Notes under the pieces: generated by a model
The model's database searches: none
The model's input: only the letters and a program-made list of their open reading frames with translations
Told to the model about the DNA's origin: nothing
Virus record (IMG/VR): IMGVR_UViG_3300043446_004613
Coordinates: 1 to 64,000 of that record
Strand: one strand, 5' to 3'
Length of the DNA stretch: 64,000 nucleotides
Shown here: positions 36,469 to 46,402 of the stretch, one piece after another
How the letters are laid out: every line of letters starts with the position of its first letter
Position numbering within the stretch: the stretch's first letter is position 1
Position numbers and translations under genes: made by a program

Positions 36469-38419
36469 CTGGAAAATTCTTCAGATTTACGGAAAGGTTA
36501 ACGTACCAACGCGGGTACGTCTTGTCTGCTGCTTCACCTACCCAAAGTTTGGAAGACGTGACTTTCATCACCCCGTTTTCTTCCAGCCATTGGATAACGA
36601 ACGCTTTGAATCGCCGGGCAAAGTCGTCCTTATCGTACGGAAAATAGAGGGTCGCTGTGACTAAGCCACCCTTGCCGCTGATGTCGATCGCATCGTAACG
36701 TACGCCGGTTGGGTGCCACTTCCAGAGCGCTTCGCAGACGTCTTTATCCCAGTCGGTTTGAGCCACCACCTGCGAGATCACGCTATCTGGATCGTCAAGG
36801 CTCTCTCCCATCGCTAGTGCCGACTTGAACGTATTGAACTCAATCGTTGGATTCTTACGCAGAACCCCGATGATCTTCACGCTACCCATCTGAACAAATC
36901 CTTTGTCCTCTAGCCACTGTTCAACGTAGTCAACAAGTTGCTTACGCCAGTCAATAAAACCGTAGCGACCATTCTGCATACCAGTCAAACGCGGCAAGCG
37001 TAGGCTTTCGTCGCGCTGGCATTGAAGTGTCCAATGGTACGCCCCTTTTAGAGCCATGAACGGTTCGCGATGGACTGAAACGCTACTGTAAAACGGCGTG
37101 AGCATCCGGCGCAGTTCACCTTCCAAGCGCTCGTACTTGGGCTGTTTGCTGTCATCTTCGGGATGAATGTAGGCAGTGACATCGTCAACATCTTCGGACT
37201 CGTTCACGTAAGGAAAAGAGTCTTCAAATTTAGAGACATCGACGTAAAGATAGATTGGAGCTTCCAGCTGGCTTGCTTGTACAAGAGTGGTCGCTGCTAT
37301 GCCGTTTGTGCGTAAGGCGCTGAAGACTGCTGGACTTTTAATGTTCAGCGGAAACCGGTACGTATTGAGCGGCATCATGCTGGTTTGCTCGCGCTTGCGC
37401 TTGTACAGCATCGCATGTCGAAAAGCGTCGGCCTGCTGATAAGGCGTCAGAGCTACCCACAGCGCAGCCGCGTCATTAACGGTAGTGATTACATTAGACT
37501 GATTAGGGTTTATAGCGCGGAAATCGATGCGGATTTGACCCCGAAAGCTGTTCAAAAAACTACCCAGAGTTGCATCCGGTGAATCAACATCCAAACTCTC
37601 GTAATTGTAACCTAAATACTTATCGGGCGTCAGCTTCAGCTTACGCTTGCTTTCAAGCTCGCGGCGGATAAAGGCCCGAACTTGATCCATTGCGTTGTCC
37701 GCAACTTTCCAAACGTCAATACCGCCATACAGATCAAGGCCGCCCGGTGACCACCAAGGCCCGCCGTCCGTAGGCCGTTCCATAAGTGTGGACGCGTAGT
37801 AGCTGGATACAAACTGACCTTCATCGAATTTCGTGATGTCGTAAAAATCGACAAGAGGCTTAGGTTTGCCTTCGGCGTAGCTATCTTTCCAATGGAGCAC
37901 AACACGGAATTTCCGCTTATCGTACGCTGTGCCGGGTGCTTCGTTCGTCACTTCGATGGAAGGTTCGTAATCTTCCAGAAAAGCACTTGGATCATCCAAG
38001 TCCTCCGACTCGCGCACCGGACGACCTGTTTTAGCGACGTGGATCGCTAGGATGAACTCAAGGGCTTCGTCAAACGACTTGCACGCCTTGGATTCACTGT
38101 CGCGGAATCCGGCAACAGCCACCCACGGGTAATCCTGCCAGTTTTTACGCGCCTCTTCGGACGGAGCATCCGCAGCATCTGTCGTGTAAATTTCACCAAT
38201 GAACGTTTGGTAACTTTGCGTACCAAATGTTATCTCGTTTGGCTTACCGGCAGGAGCAGGTGTTCCGGGTACCTTTCTGTAGACGTTCCAGTGCTGACCT
38301 TCCTGTTCTAATTCAATGTCTGGATAGCGCGTTTTGGCCAAACGATCGATTTCGCCCAACGGGTCAAAATCATCGTCGGCGCTCTCAAGGATGCGGTTTG
38401 CAAGTATACGTCCAGTCAC
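36446..38419 (-). CDS. 657-aa modular polyprotein (5 cassettes)
   Basis: N-terminal LANRILE|S plus four E|S acidic linkers; TACTTA at 38424-38429. Confidence 0.75.
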   Translation of the reverse strand: MTGRILANRILESADDDFDPLGEIDRLAKTRYPDIELEQEGQHWNVYRKVPGTPAPAGKPNEITFGTQSYQTFIGEIYTTDAADAPSEEARKNWQDYPWVAVAGFRDSESKACKSFDEALEFILAIHVAKTGRPVRESEDLDDPSAFLEDYEPSIEVTNEAPGTAYDKRKFRVVLHWKDSYAEGKPKPLVDFYDITKFDEGQFVSSYYASTLMERPTDGGPWWSPGGLDLYGGIDVWKVADNAMDQVRAFIRRELESKRKLKLTPDKYLGYNYESLDVDSPDATLGSFLNSFRGQIRIDFRAINPNQSNVITTVNDAAALWVALTPYQQADAFRHAMLYKRKREQTSMMPLNTYRFPLNIKSPAVFSALRTNGIAATTLVQASQLEAPIYLYVDVSKFEDSFPYVNESEDVDDVTAYIHPEDDSKQPKYERLEGELRRMLTPFYSSVSVHREPFMALKGAYHWTLQCQRDESLRLPRLTGMQNGRYGFIDWRKQLVDYVEQWLEDKGFVQMGSVKIIGVLRKNPTIEFNTFKSALAMGESLDDPDSVISQVVAQTDWDKDVCEALWKWHPTGVRYDAIDISGKGGLVTATLYFPYDKDDFARRFKAFVIQWLEENGVMKVTSSKLWVGEAADKTYPRWYVNLSVNLKNFPDDKPEYT

Positions 38420-38423
38420 AGAA

Positions 38424-38441
38424 TAAGTACCTACGTAGTTA
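38424..38441. promoter_or_regulatory. Back-to-back TACTTA(-)/TAGTTA(+) motifs
   Basis: 4 and 7 nt upstream of the divergent starts at 38419 and 38449. Confidence 0.6.
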
Positions 38442-38448
38442 GAACATA

Positions 38449-39003
38449 ATGAATAAGAAAGCAGCCCAAATTGTAAGCAACCTTCTTGAGTACGGTGTCG
38501 ATCCCGACGCGCCCCGTCCGGGCGGCCCGGAAGACCCGTGGCGTCAGTCCAGCGGCCCGCTGCCGCCGTTCACCGTAAAAGCCCGCCCCGGTCACGAAGA
38601 TGAAGTGATTGACGAGATTCCAGCAGAAGAAGATGAAGCTCCGGTCAAGCCTGCACCAAAGCCTAACAAGCACTTGGGGCGCTTCAACATCACTTTTCCG
38701 CCGTCAATGGAATCGGTGCCAAGTGCCCGCTCTTTGCTGCATGAACTGGGCGGCCACTACTGCACCACGTGCCGCAAGCCGACGGAAGGCTCATTCGACC
38801 CCAAGAGCAAAAAGGTCGTCTGTAAACACTGCGGTAACGAACTTGTCTATCCCAAGTCTTCGTCACTTCGTTCACGCGAGGTCGTTCACGGAAAATCTGC
38901 CAATGAATCGTTGAAGAAAGCCTGCTGGAAAGGTTACGAGGCTGTCGGCACCAAAAAGAAAGGCGGGCGCACGGTGCCAAACTGCGTCCCGAAAAAGAAA
39001 TGA
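38449..39003 (+). CDS. LLE-tagged protein with Zn ribbon and CWKGY...VPNCVP module
   Basis: IVSNLLE; CTTC..CKHC; ACWKGYEAVGTKKKGGRTVPNCVP as in T4-like phage proteins. Confidence 0.7.
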   Translation: MNKKAAQIVSNLLEYGVDPDAPRPGGPEDPWRQSSGPLPPFTVKARPGHEDEVIDEIPAEEDEAPVKPAPKPNKHLGRFNITFPPSMESVPSARSLLHELGGHYCTTCRKPTEGSFDPKSKKVVCKHCGNELVYPKSSSLRSREVVHGKSANESLKKACWKGYEAVGTKKKGGRTVPNCVPKKK

Positions 39004-39254
39004 AGACTATTCTTACCGCCGCTGTAGCGCTGACCTTGCTGATCTCAGCAGGCTGCGCATCACACAACGCTGTCCTTGAGACAGACGGCAAGTACCTGTA
39101 CCGGCTGGCTAGTGCCAAGCCCGGCGAGGTAAAGCTGTACGTGCGCGTAGGTTCGGAGTCAAAAACGAATCGCTACTACATGAAGACGCTGGAGTCAGAG
39201 ATTCACACAAACCAGCTTCCCATGTTCCGGTCAACGCCGTGGCCTATTGAATGA
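39000..39254 (+). CDS. Lipoprotein
   Basis: Signal peptide plus ISAGC lipobox. Confidence 0.6.
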   Translation: MKTILTAAVALTLLISAGCASHNAVLETDGKYLYRLASAKPGEVKLYVRVGSESKTNRYYMKTLESEIHTNQLPMFRSTPWPIE

Positions 39255-40486
39255 TGGAAACGCGCCACCAGCGCCTCATGGCGATATTGACGCCACTTCA
39301 GCGAGTCATGCTCGATCTGGACGTGGCCGTCACTGGTGTACCGATAGAGCAGGCCGTCACGCAATACCACCATTACCCGAAAACGGTTGAAGACTGGCTC
39401 AACGAACCCGGCGGTAACCCGGAGTGGTACTTGTCTGACGGAGGGTATAGCCGGATAATCTGGATGCCCTACGCGGATAACGTGAACGACAACCACCTAT
39501 TTTTGACAGACAACAGCACGACTAAAGCAAAAGCTCGCTGGGAGAACGCGCTGACTCAACGCAAAGCTGCCTTAAACCTGCTTCACGCTGAACTAGGCAG
39601 ACTAGAAGAAAGCAGTGATGACGATCCAAATACTTTCCTAACGCATTACCGGCCACTTCCGACGGTCAGGCTGCATACCGGCGAGGTTGTTCCAAAGTAC
39701 TGGCGGTGCTTAGACACCATTTGGTACTGCGGTGGTCAGGATGACGATGACTGTATACGTGAAGATGAAATCGTAACTGTCGATCCTAGTGAATATGAAA
39801 GTTTCAGGTTCAAGGCCGACGAGTTGGCGTTCAACGAGCACGCTTCACGCTACGGCCCGTGGAACCGGGATGACTTTGAACCGCTGACGTTGGAAGAGAT
39901 TGACGCTATGAACTTAAAAGAGTCAACTGAACGTCCTGAATTTAAGCCCGGTGCTTTTGGTCGCCCCAAGCGCAAAGACCCGCGCTATCCGACTGATTTG
40001 CGCTATCCTAACGATCCGCACGCACAGGTAGTTCATGAGCTTGGCGGCAAGCTGGTTTACGCGCCGCTTCCGTCACGCGCCAAGTGGAACGCCATGCTTG
40101 CAGCCTACGCACCCGGCTGTGGCTCACCAACACCCTATCCCGGCACCGGCGGCACCGCCCCATGCGGTTCTAAGGTGGAAGGTAAACTGTTTCTGTGCCC
40201 GCACTGTGAGTCATCAAACCTAACAACGGAATCGATCACGAGCGTGCTCTGCGAAGATGGCGCTTCACCTTTCAGCAAGCAGCGCGTCAAGCTCCAGTAC
40301 CGGCCCTATACGTTCGGAGAGGATTGGAAATGGTTTTGGGTGCTACTGCCGGAAGACGGACGGGCTGCGCTGGCTAACGGCGAAGCTGACACGCGGGCAG
40401 CTGCCTCAGTGCAGGCACGGCTAAAGGCACGTCAACTGCGTATGATCGTTGATAAGGTCGAGGTTGTTTTCTCGCACAAAGACTAA
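39251..40486 (+). CDS. 411-aa modular polyprotein
   Basis: LEE|SSDDDPNTFL, LKE|S and TTE|SITSVLCED linkers. Confidence 0.65.
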   Translation: MMETRHQRLMAILTPLQRVMLDLDVAVTGVPIEQAVTQYHHYPKTVEDWLNEPGGNPEWYLSDGGYSRIIWMPYADNVNDNHLFLTDNSTTKAKARWENALTQRKAALNLLHAELGRLEESSDDDPNTFLTHYRPLPTVRLHTGEVVPKYWRCLDTIWYCGGQDDDDCIREDEIVTVDPSEYESFRFKADELAFNEHASRYGPWNRDDFEPLTLEEIDAMNLKESTERPEFKPGAFGRPKRKDPRYPTDLRYPNDPHAQVVHELGGKLVYAPLPSRAKWNAMLAAYAPGCGSPTPYPGTGGTAPCGSKVEGKLFLCPHCESSNLTTESITSVLCEDGASPFSKQRVKLQYRPYTFGEDWKWFWVLLPEDGRAALANGEADTRAAASVQARLKARQLRMIVDKVEVVFSHKD

Positions 40487-40827
40487 GTCAGCAAGTCGGT
40501 ATCGGCACTGAACTGAACAGTACGGTTCACTTTGCCTTTAACCTCTGGGCCGGGAACCACAGAGAGCTTTCGAGCCGATAGTCCGTGAAGCTCCAGCAAT
40601 GCTTCGATTTCAGCCTTTGCTTTCAAGTACGTGGTGTTGTTGTGGATCACTTTGAAGTGTACAAGCTGACCCTGCGGGCGCGGCCACGCTGTTCCATACT
40701 GATCATGGAGATCGATGATAAAATCCGCTAGGTTGGCTTCTTGTAAAATCACAGCATAACTACGGCCATGTTGGAGGCTACGGCGTATTTTGGCTGCGAG
40801 AGGTCGATCTTTAGGTCGACTAGCCAA
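40483..40827 (-). CDS. Hypothetical protein
   Basis: ORF track. Confidence 0.45.
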   Translation of the reverse strand: MASRPKDRPLAAKIRRSLQHGRSYAVILQEANLADFIIDLHDQYGTAWPRPQGQLVHFKVIHNNTTYLKAKAEIEALLELHGLSARKLSVVPGPEVKGKVNRTVQFSADTDLLT

Positions 40828-41312
40828 GAACCATCCATAAACACGTAGTGCGGGCGAGCGAAAGCTTCAAACACAGCACGGATTACCCCGCTTTTATTGT
40901 AGTTGTAGTCGTGACCGCCGATGTAGCGCCGAGTTTTGCTACTCCACGCTTGGATGTCAGCAACAATATTTTCATACTTATGGCTGGCATCGATGTAAAC
41001 AAGATCAAATGACTGTGCGGCAAACGTTGCGGCGGCATCCGTAGACTTTGCCTTAACTTTGCGCATTTTTGGGTGAATATTTAGGTCAAATAGCATCTCT
41101 GCATCGTCCTTGTTGCTCCAAGAATCAACGCAAGTAACAGAACGAACACGATCACATGACGCAAACAAGTTGGCAGACTCTCCGATCCATGATCCGACTT
41201 CTACGATGTCTAGTTCAGTTCCTTCAAGGCGCTCAATCAGATCAAGAAGTCCGCAGCGTCCACGTTGACCGCCACGTTGCAGTTTCAGCTTAGAGTCTGA
41301 CTTGATTATCAC
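40749..41312 (-). CDS. Methyltransf_24-type SAM methyltransferase
   Basis: VEVGSWIGES, DLVYIDASHKYE..D and GHDY motifs. Confidence 0.85.
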   Translation of the reverse strand: MIIKSDSKLKLQRGGQRGRCGLLDLIERLEGTELDIVEVGSWIGESANLFASCDRVRSVTCVDSWSNKDDAEMLFDLNIHPKMRKVKAKSTDAAATFAAQSFDLVYIDASHKYENIVADIQAWSSKTRRYIGGHDYNYNKSGVIRAVFEAFARPHYVFMDGSWLVDLKIDLSQPKYAVASNMAVVML

Positions 41313-41316
41313 AGCA

Positions 41317-42618
41317 CTATTGTTGATTAGACGGCACTTCGCAGCGGTGTGACCCGGTTTCTATGTCATCGTGTGAAATTAGCTTACCACAATTTTCGCA
41401 CGGATACGTAGGTGTTGAGTCGAGATGTCTGTACTCCAGCTTATGTCCGTTAGGGCACTCGTAGCAGTCGAGATCGTCAGGGTCACCGGCTTCAATACCG
41501 TCGAAACCTGCGCGTAGATAGCTGAAATCATTCAGCAAGCTACCTGTTTCGCCGCAAGCAGGGCAGCGAACAATAGGAAAACTGACACCACCGTCTACGT
41601 CTGGCTCAACAAATTCCAGTCTATGCGGAACTTCAAGCGTCCTTACGTCAATATTTTCAATATCACGCTCGCTAGGATCGTCAATATCTTCCAACAAGCC
41701 TGAACGGTAGACAGCTTCTTTCAATTTTGTATACGTCGCCGCATCAAAAGCGTCGCCAACATCAAGGGTAAGCGCTGCTACCGGCATTTTTGAGCGAAGA
41801 TGATCCAAAATATCCAGAGGGACGCCGCGCAATCGTAGAGCATCCCAGTCAATGTCTGCTCCGGCTTCGAGCACGTGTCGGTTTTCCTTCAGTGCCGGTA
41901 GAATAAGGCTTTCATAGCGCCACATTGCGTCTGAAACGCGCAAAAGGCACTCTAAAACCGGGGTAAGCTGCCGTCGATTGTGCGCTCTTTCCAGAGCCGA
42001 GCTAGTGCTCTCAAAAATTTTAGCCGTGATGCTTGCTGCTTTAGGTAGATTTTCGGCTAGGCGTTTGGCAAAGGCAGGTGCCGCAGCGCCGGTTAACCGG
42101 ATATGGTGACCGTAAACTGCATCTGGAGCTTGAAGAACGTTGCTTGTGGGGTAACCAAGTGCTTCGGCTTCCTCAATCAACTCTTCAACGATGCCGCCGA
42201 CGTCGTGTACACGGCTCGCTGCTGCCGCGATGGCGAGGCGGTCGGTACCGTTCAAGCTGCCCAGTGCGTTTACAGGCGTCCATTCGACCTTAGTGACGTC
42301 ACCACCACCCGGTTTGGCCTTGGTGTTAGGTTCAACGATGGCGTAGTAGAGCGTGACCGGCAGTTTCCGCGCCGCATGGCTGGCCAAAAAGAGCGGTTGA
42401 GGGTCGACATCCATGCCTGTCTCTTCTCTGACTTCACGCTTGCAGGATTCGACACCTGATTCGGCACCGTTGGCATGACCTCCCGGTATGCTCCAACGTC
42501 CGATTTCATCGGCAACCAGTGCAACTTCCAGTCTGTCGTTTGTTTTGCGCAGGACAACGCATAGGTACGATTGATCGTCCGTATCGGTCATCTTCTGGAT
42601 CAAAGCTTCTGCGCTCAT
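41317..42618 (-). CDS. Nudix hydrolase plus degenerate dTMP-kinase-like domain plus Zn-finger cassette
   Basis: GGH....ES....KREVREETG Nudix box; LL..SD.......ILPALK...VL; LLE|DIDDP; CPAC, CPNGH and CENC. Confidence 0.75.
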   Translation of the reverse strand: MSAEALIQKMTDTDDQSYLCVVLRKTNDRLEVALVADEIGRWSIPGGHANGAESGVESCKREVREETGMDVDPQPLFLASHAARKLPVTLYYAIVEPNTKAKPGGGDVTKVEWTPVNALGSLNGTDRLAIAAAASRVHDVGGIVEELIEEAEALGYPTSNVLQAPDAVYGHHIRLTGAAAPAFAKRLAENLPKAASITAKIFESTSSALERAHNRRQLTPVLECLLRVSDAMWRYESLILPALKENRHVLEAGADIDWDALRLRGVPLDILDHLRSKMPVAALTLDVGDAFDAATYTKLKEAVYRSGLLEDIDDPSERDIENIDVRTLEVPHRLEFVEPDVDGGVSFPIVRCPACGETGSLLNDFSYLRAGFDGIEAGDPDDLDCYECPNGHKLEYRHLDSTPTYPCENCGKLISHDDIETGSHRCEVPSNQQ

Positions 42619-43751
42619 ATCATGTAAAGGTCTATGGTGGTAGAACCGGTTACCGTGAATGTGTAAGGGTTCGAGGTGATCGTTACACCGTTGATGATCC
42701 AGTGATCAAACTGCCACGACAACGCCCCTACGATCTGTGCCGTCAATACCGCAGTAAATGCGTTTGAAAACGCTGTTGCATAGAGGCCGCCGTTTCGCAA
42801 AATCTCTAAATCCCACACACTACCGCCATGAGTATCGGTTAGATTGCAGTAGTCAGCTATTACGTTAGCGGTTTGGCTGTCCGTCGATGGGGTATAATGA
42901 TCAAATGTCCCTAGTGTATAGTATGGACTAGAAGCGCTGTACAGGTACAAGGCTGTTCCATATTTTCCGATTCCGTCTACGTTTGAAACGTTACGTATAC
43001 GAGCATTGATGCAGGAGGCAAGAATGACGTTATACGAACCCAGTTCAGCGAGCATCGAAGCGTAGGTCAGGCTGTGACCGGGAAGGGTATTAGGCCCTTG
43101 ACGGTCAGAATCAGTCACCAGTACGAACACGACGGCGGCTCCGACTCTGAACGTGTATGGGCCGTGCCCTGTAGCAGTATCACCTGCACCAGTCAGTGCA
43201 GCGTCCATCGCTTGGTAACCATCTTCAATGTTACCGAGAGTATTAAGGTTAAGCGCAGCTGCTTGTAGCTGAACAGCTGTTCCCCAATCACCGGTTCCAA
43301 CGACAAGTTTGTAGGCACGATCAGAATTAGTGGTGCTGGCATATCCCATGAGCGCGTACTTGTTTTGCGTTACTGTTCCAATTCCAGCCGCTAAAAGAGC
43401 AGCTTCCAGCTGACTCGGCATTGTTGTAAGCCAACTGTGCTCAGTTGACATAGAGCCAGACTCGTCGACTAGAAACACAATATCGACGTAATTGTCACCA
43501 GCCGGTTTTGGCTCACCGATAGCTGTCAGCGTGACGGATGTACCGGCAGGGTATTCACCCAACCCGGTTACGACCGCAGAATCTGTCGGATGAATTGTTG
43601 CGGTCAAAACGTACGTGGGATTGTACGCTGTGATGTAGTTCGTTTTAACAACCGTATCCGTGTTGTAGCGCCCAACGCCTGTTAGCGACACGGTGAATAT
43701 ACCAGCGGCGCTGTACGTGTGGATCGGATTTCTGTCGTGACTGGTTGACAT
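42615..43751 (-). CDS. Half-PKD plus vWA domain inserted in an InlB-B-repeat-like domain
   Basis: NPIHTYSAAG.FTVSL; DIVFLVDESGSM MIDAS; EDG; VLVTD. Confidence 0.8.
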   Translation of the reverse strand: MSTSHDRNPIHTYSAAGIFTVSLTGVGRYNTDTVVKTNYITAYNPTYVLTATIHPTDSAVVTGLGEYPAGTSVTLTAIGEPKPAGDNYVDIVFLVDESGSMSTEHSWLTTMPSQLEAALLAAGIGTVTQNKYALMGYASTTNSDRAYKLVVGTGDWGTAVQLQAAALNLNTLGNIEDGYQAMDAALTGAGDTATGHGPYTFRVGAAVVFVLVTDSDRQGPNTLPGHSLTYASMLAELGSYNVILASCINARIRNVSNVDGIGKYGTALYLYSASSPYYTLGTFDHYTPSTDSQTANVIADYCNLTDTHGGSVWDLEILRNGGLYATAFSNAFTAVLTAQIVGALSWQFDHWIINGVTITSNPYTFTVTGSTTIDLYMI

Positions 43752-43754
43752 AAG

Positions 43755-46400
43755 TTAATCGCCAAAGTCCCAAGTCCACGAAGCGCCGCCTCCGTTGGTT
43801 GAGAGGTTTGTGAAATTGACTACCAAAGGTAGTGTGCCTGCGGTCGGCGCGGCCACAAAATCAACGTCAAGGTACGGGATCGGCACTGCGTCAGACGGCA
43901 GCGTGAAACCCAAGCACTCAGGCATCCAGAACTCCGCCTGAGCAACGTAAAGTCCGTACTGAACCATCCAAGGCTGGCAGGTAACGACAATCGGTACGGA
44001 CTGGGCCGTATCGTACGCTGCCAGTACGGTGTCGGTGGCGTCATCGTAGTACAGTCCACGAGGCATCAGTACGGGTTTGCCGACATGGCCTGCTTGACTG
44101 AGCTTGAACGCTCCGACCTGCGCTACTGAACCGCCAGAGTAGTCTGTACCGGCAGACACGACGCCGTAGAACTTCTGTCCGTCAGTGTACGTCGTACCGT
44201 TGTACGTTACCGGCCCGACTGTCACTTCGTACTGATGTCCAGCGGTAATGCCGTCAGTAGGAATAGACGGCATTGAGCGTAAACGCGGATTGTAGATTTC
44301 GCAGAAGGCCATCCAGTTTTCGGTGCTCTCGTTTGACCAGACCGAACCGGTACCGCTAAATGTGGGTACGTCCGTACCGTAGGCTTTGACCGCCATCGTG
44401 TAGCCTTGCTGGATAGCCCGCTCAGCCCGATCAAGACATTCCTGACGCCAACCCTGAAAGCCTGCACTTAGCGGGGTAGTGTCGTACTCGTACATGCGCT
44501 GAACCTGAATCTGCTCGATGCGTACGGGCAAGGAAGGCTCATCGGTATAGTTCAGCACAAGGCTCTGTGCGCCGCTGCTCGAGGAAGCGACGGAGAACTG
44601 CCAACGGAATACGGAGGGCGTACGGTTTTCACCGAGAGCGTCCATCACGGCGTGGCTGCCTGCAAATGTACCGCTGATTGCGTAACGTCCGTACTGGGCC
44701 TTGCTCTCAAACACCAGCTTGCGGATATGCAACTGGCCTGTACCGCCTGTCCACTGGATAGGGTATTGGAACTGGCCGTTGTCGCGTACATCCATGACGG
44801 CAATCGGGCTGGTTACAACATCACCGTTCTGACCGCTAAAGGGAAGCGGCGCTACGTTCTGAACAACCGGTACAGCTTCAGAACCGGTTGCGATGTAATC
44901 CGCTTTGACGCGGAAGCCTGTTGTTTCGCCCGAGATATTGGTGTACTCCATCCACGTGTAGTACGGGCCTGCCGGAAGCGAAACGAGAAAGTTTATGGCA
45001 CTTTGGCGCACACTGCTATCCGTTGCACCGTACTGCGAGTACGTCGTGACAGCAGAAGTACCGGCAAACACCTCTCCGGGCAGATACAGTGATCCGCTGT
45101 AGTAAATGCCGTCACCGCCATCGACCATGTACAACTTGTCAGCAATACTGCCGCTTGGCACGTTGATCTCAAAGGTAGCGCCGCCGAGTGTACCGGTCGT
45201 ACTGGAGATGTTGGCGATACCTGCAAGCTCTACCCGGCCATTCGGCTGGGCGAGCACGCTCAACCGGTACGCGCCCGGCGTTACCGACCCGTCCAGCGTG
45301 ATGTCCATGACGGCTGGTACGGTGAAGCTGGCGCAGTCGTACTGCATCACTCCGCCGTAGACAGCGTCATTATTGGTGTAATTCAGGTACATCTCAGTGT
45401 CCTGCAAACCGACGCCCTTCGGCGCAAGCTGCCCAGCTTTGCCGCGCCAGTACTGCGCGTCTTTACGGTCAGGAATTTGCGTGAGAGTTTCAACGGTTTG
45501 ACCTACCTCGATACCCGGAATCGCTAGAGCATAGATTTGCGGAACATGTACTTCGTCCACACGTTCGCGCTGCCACTGGAGCGTCTTTTCGGCGATGTTG
45601 TAGATGATCTGATTTGCGCCGGGGAGCGCTGGTTCGGTCTGAAATACCCGGTGTGTACCGTCATCGTTGATGAGCGCGTAAATGTCCGGCTCACGCTGTA
45701 CCGTCCCGTACGATTCAATCTGGGTGTACAGACGGAGAGCGTGCTCAAATGGATTCTTCAGCACCTGACATAACTGGGCCACGTAACCGGCCAGCTGGTT
45801 ATCGCGGTCAGCGAGATTGCGGTCAGGTGTCTTGAAAAGATCGCGATTAAGAGGCAACGCCGGATTTATGTCGGCGCGGGCAGGCGTGCCTTCGCCCAAT
45901 GACCAGATGCTGGTGGATGGGATGATGGTGCCGGTTGCGTCTGAAAGCGGAATAGACGGATCGGCAAATGTAGCGTTGCAGGCCCGCGCCAGCACTTCGT
46001 ACACGATAGCGTCACGGCCATAAAGGTCAGCATCAGCGTAGCGGGCAGCGTCGTACGGGACGCTGACATTCGTGACGTGCCGCAGCTGAGTATTGAGTTG
46101 ACCAGCTTGATCCTCTGAAAAAGGCAGATTTGTTTCCGCCGGGCCTTGTAAAGTCGGCTTCAGTACGGAGTAGTTCCAAACGTCGCCTACTTGAACGGAT
46201 ACCTCAACGACAGCAGCGCCGACCATTAGGTCGCGGTAAGCCAGCTGACGGTCGCGCTGCTGGTACACCTTGGCGTCAAACGGCAGGTCAGGATTGACCG
46301 GCGCGAGGGTGCCGCTCAACGGTGCGACGTGCGTACCGGATTCCCATTTGATGGTGTTCCGTAACGCGAGTACTAAAGCGCTCTCTAGCTGATCAGACAT
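43755..46400 (-). CDS. Large virion structural protein ending in half-PKD
   Basis: 881 aa, beta-rich; C-terminal DF.AAPTAGTLPLVVNFTNLST...WTWDFGD*. Confidence 0.7.
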   Translation of the reverse strand: MSDQLESALVLALRNTIKWESGTHVAPLSGTLAPVNPDLPFDAKVYQQRDRQLAYRDLMVGAAVVEVSVQVGDVWNYSVLKPTLQGPAETNLPFSEDQAGQLNTQLRHVTNVSVPYDAARYADADLYGRDAIVYEVLARACNATFADPSIPLSDATGTIIPSTSIWSLGEGTPARADINPALPLNRDLFKTPDRNLADRDNQLAGYVAQLCQVLKNPFEHALRLYTQIESYGTVQREPDIYALINDDGTHRVFQTEPALPGANQIIYNIAEKTLQWQRERVDEVHVPQIYALAIPGIEVGQTVETLTQIPDRKDAQYWRGKAGQLAPKGVGLQDTEMYLNYTNNDAVYGGVMQYDCASFTVPAVMDITLDGSVTPGAYRLSVLAQPNGRVELAGIANISSTTGTLGGATFEINVPSGSIADKLYMVDGGDGIYYSGSLYLPGEVFAGTSAVTTYSQYGATDSSVRQSAINFLVSLPAGPYYTWMEYTNISGETTGFRVKADYIATGSEAVPVVQNVAPLPFSGQNGDVVTSPIAVMDVRDNGQFQYPIQWTGGTGQLHIRKLVFESKAQYGRYAISGTFAGSHAVMDALGENRTPSVFRWQFSVASSSSGAQSLVLNYTDEPSLPVRIEQIQVQRMYEYDTTPLSAGFQGWRQECLDRAERAIQQGYTMAVKAYGTDVPTFSGTGSVWSNESTENWMAFCEIYNPRLRSMPSIPTDGITAGHQYEVTVGPVTYNGTTYTDGQKFYGVVSAGTDYSGGSVAQVGAFKLSQAGHVGKPVLMPRGLYYDDATDTVLAAYDTAQSVPIVVTCQPWMVQYGLYVAQAEFWMPECLGFTLPSDAVPIPYLDVDFVAAPTAGTLPLVVNFTNLSTNGGGASWTWDFGD

Positions 46401-46402
46401 AG

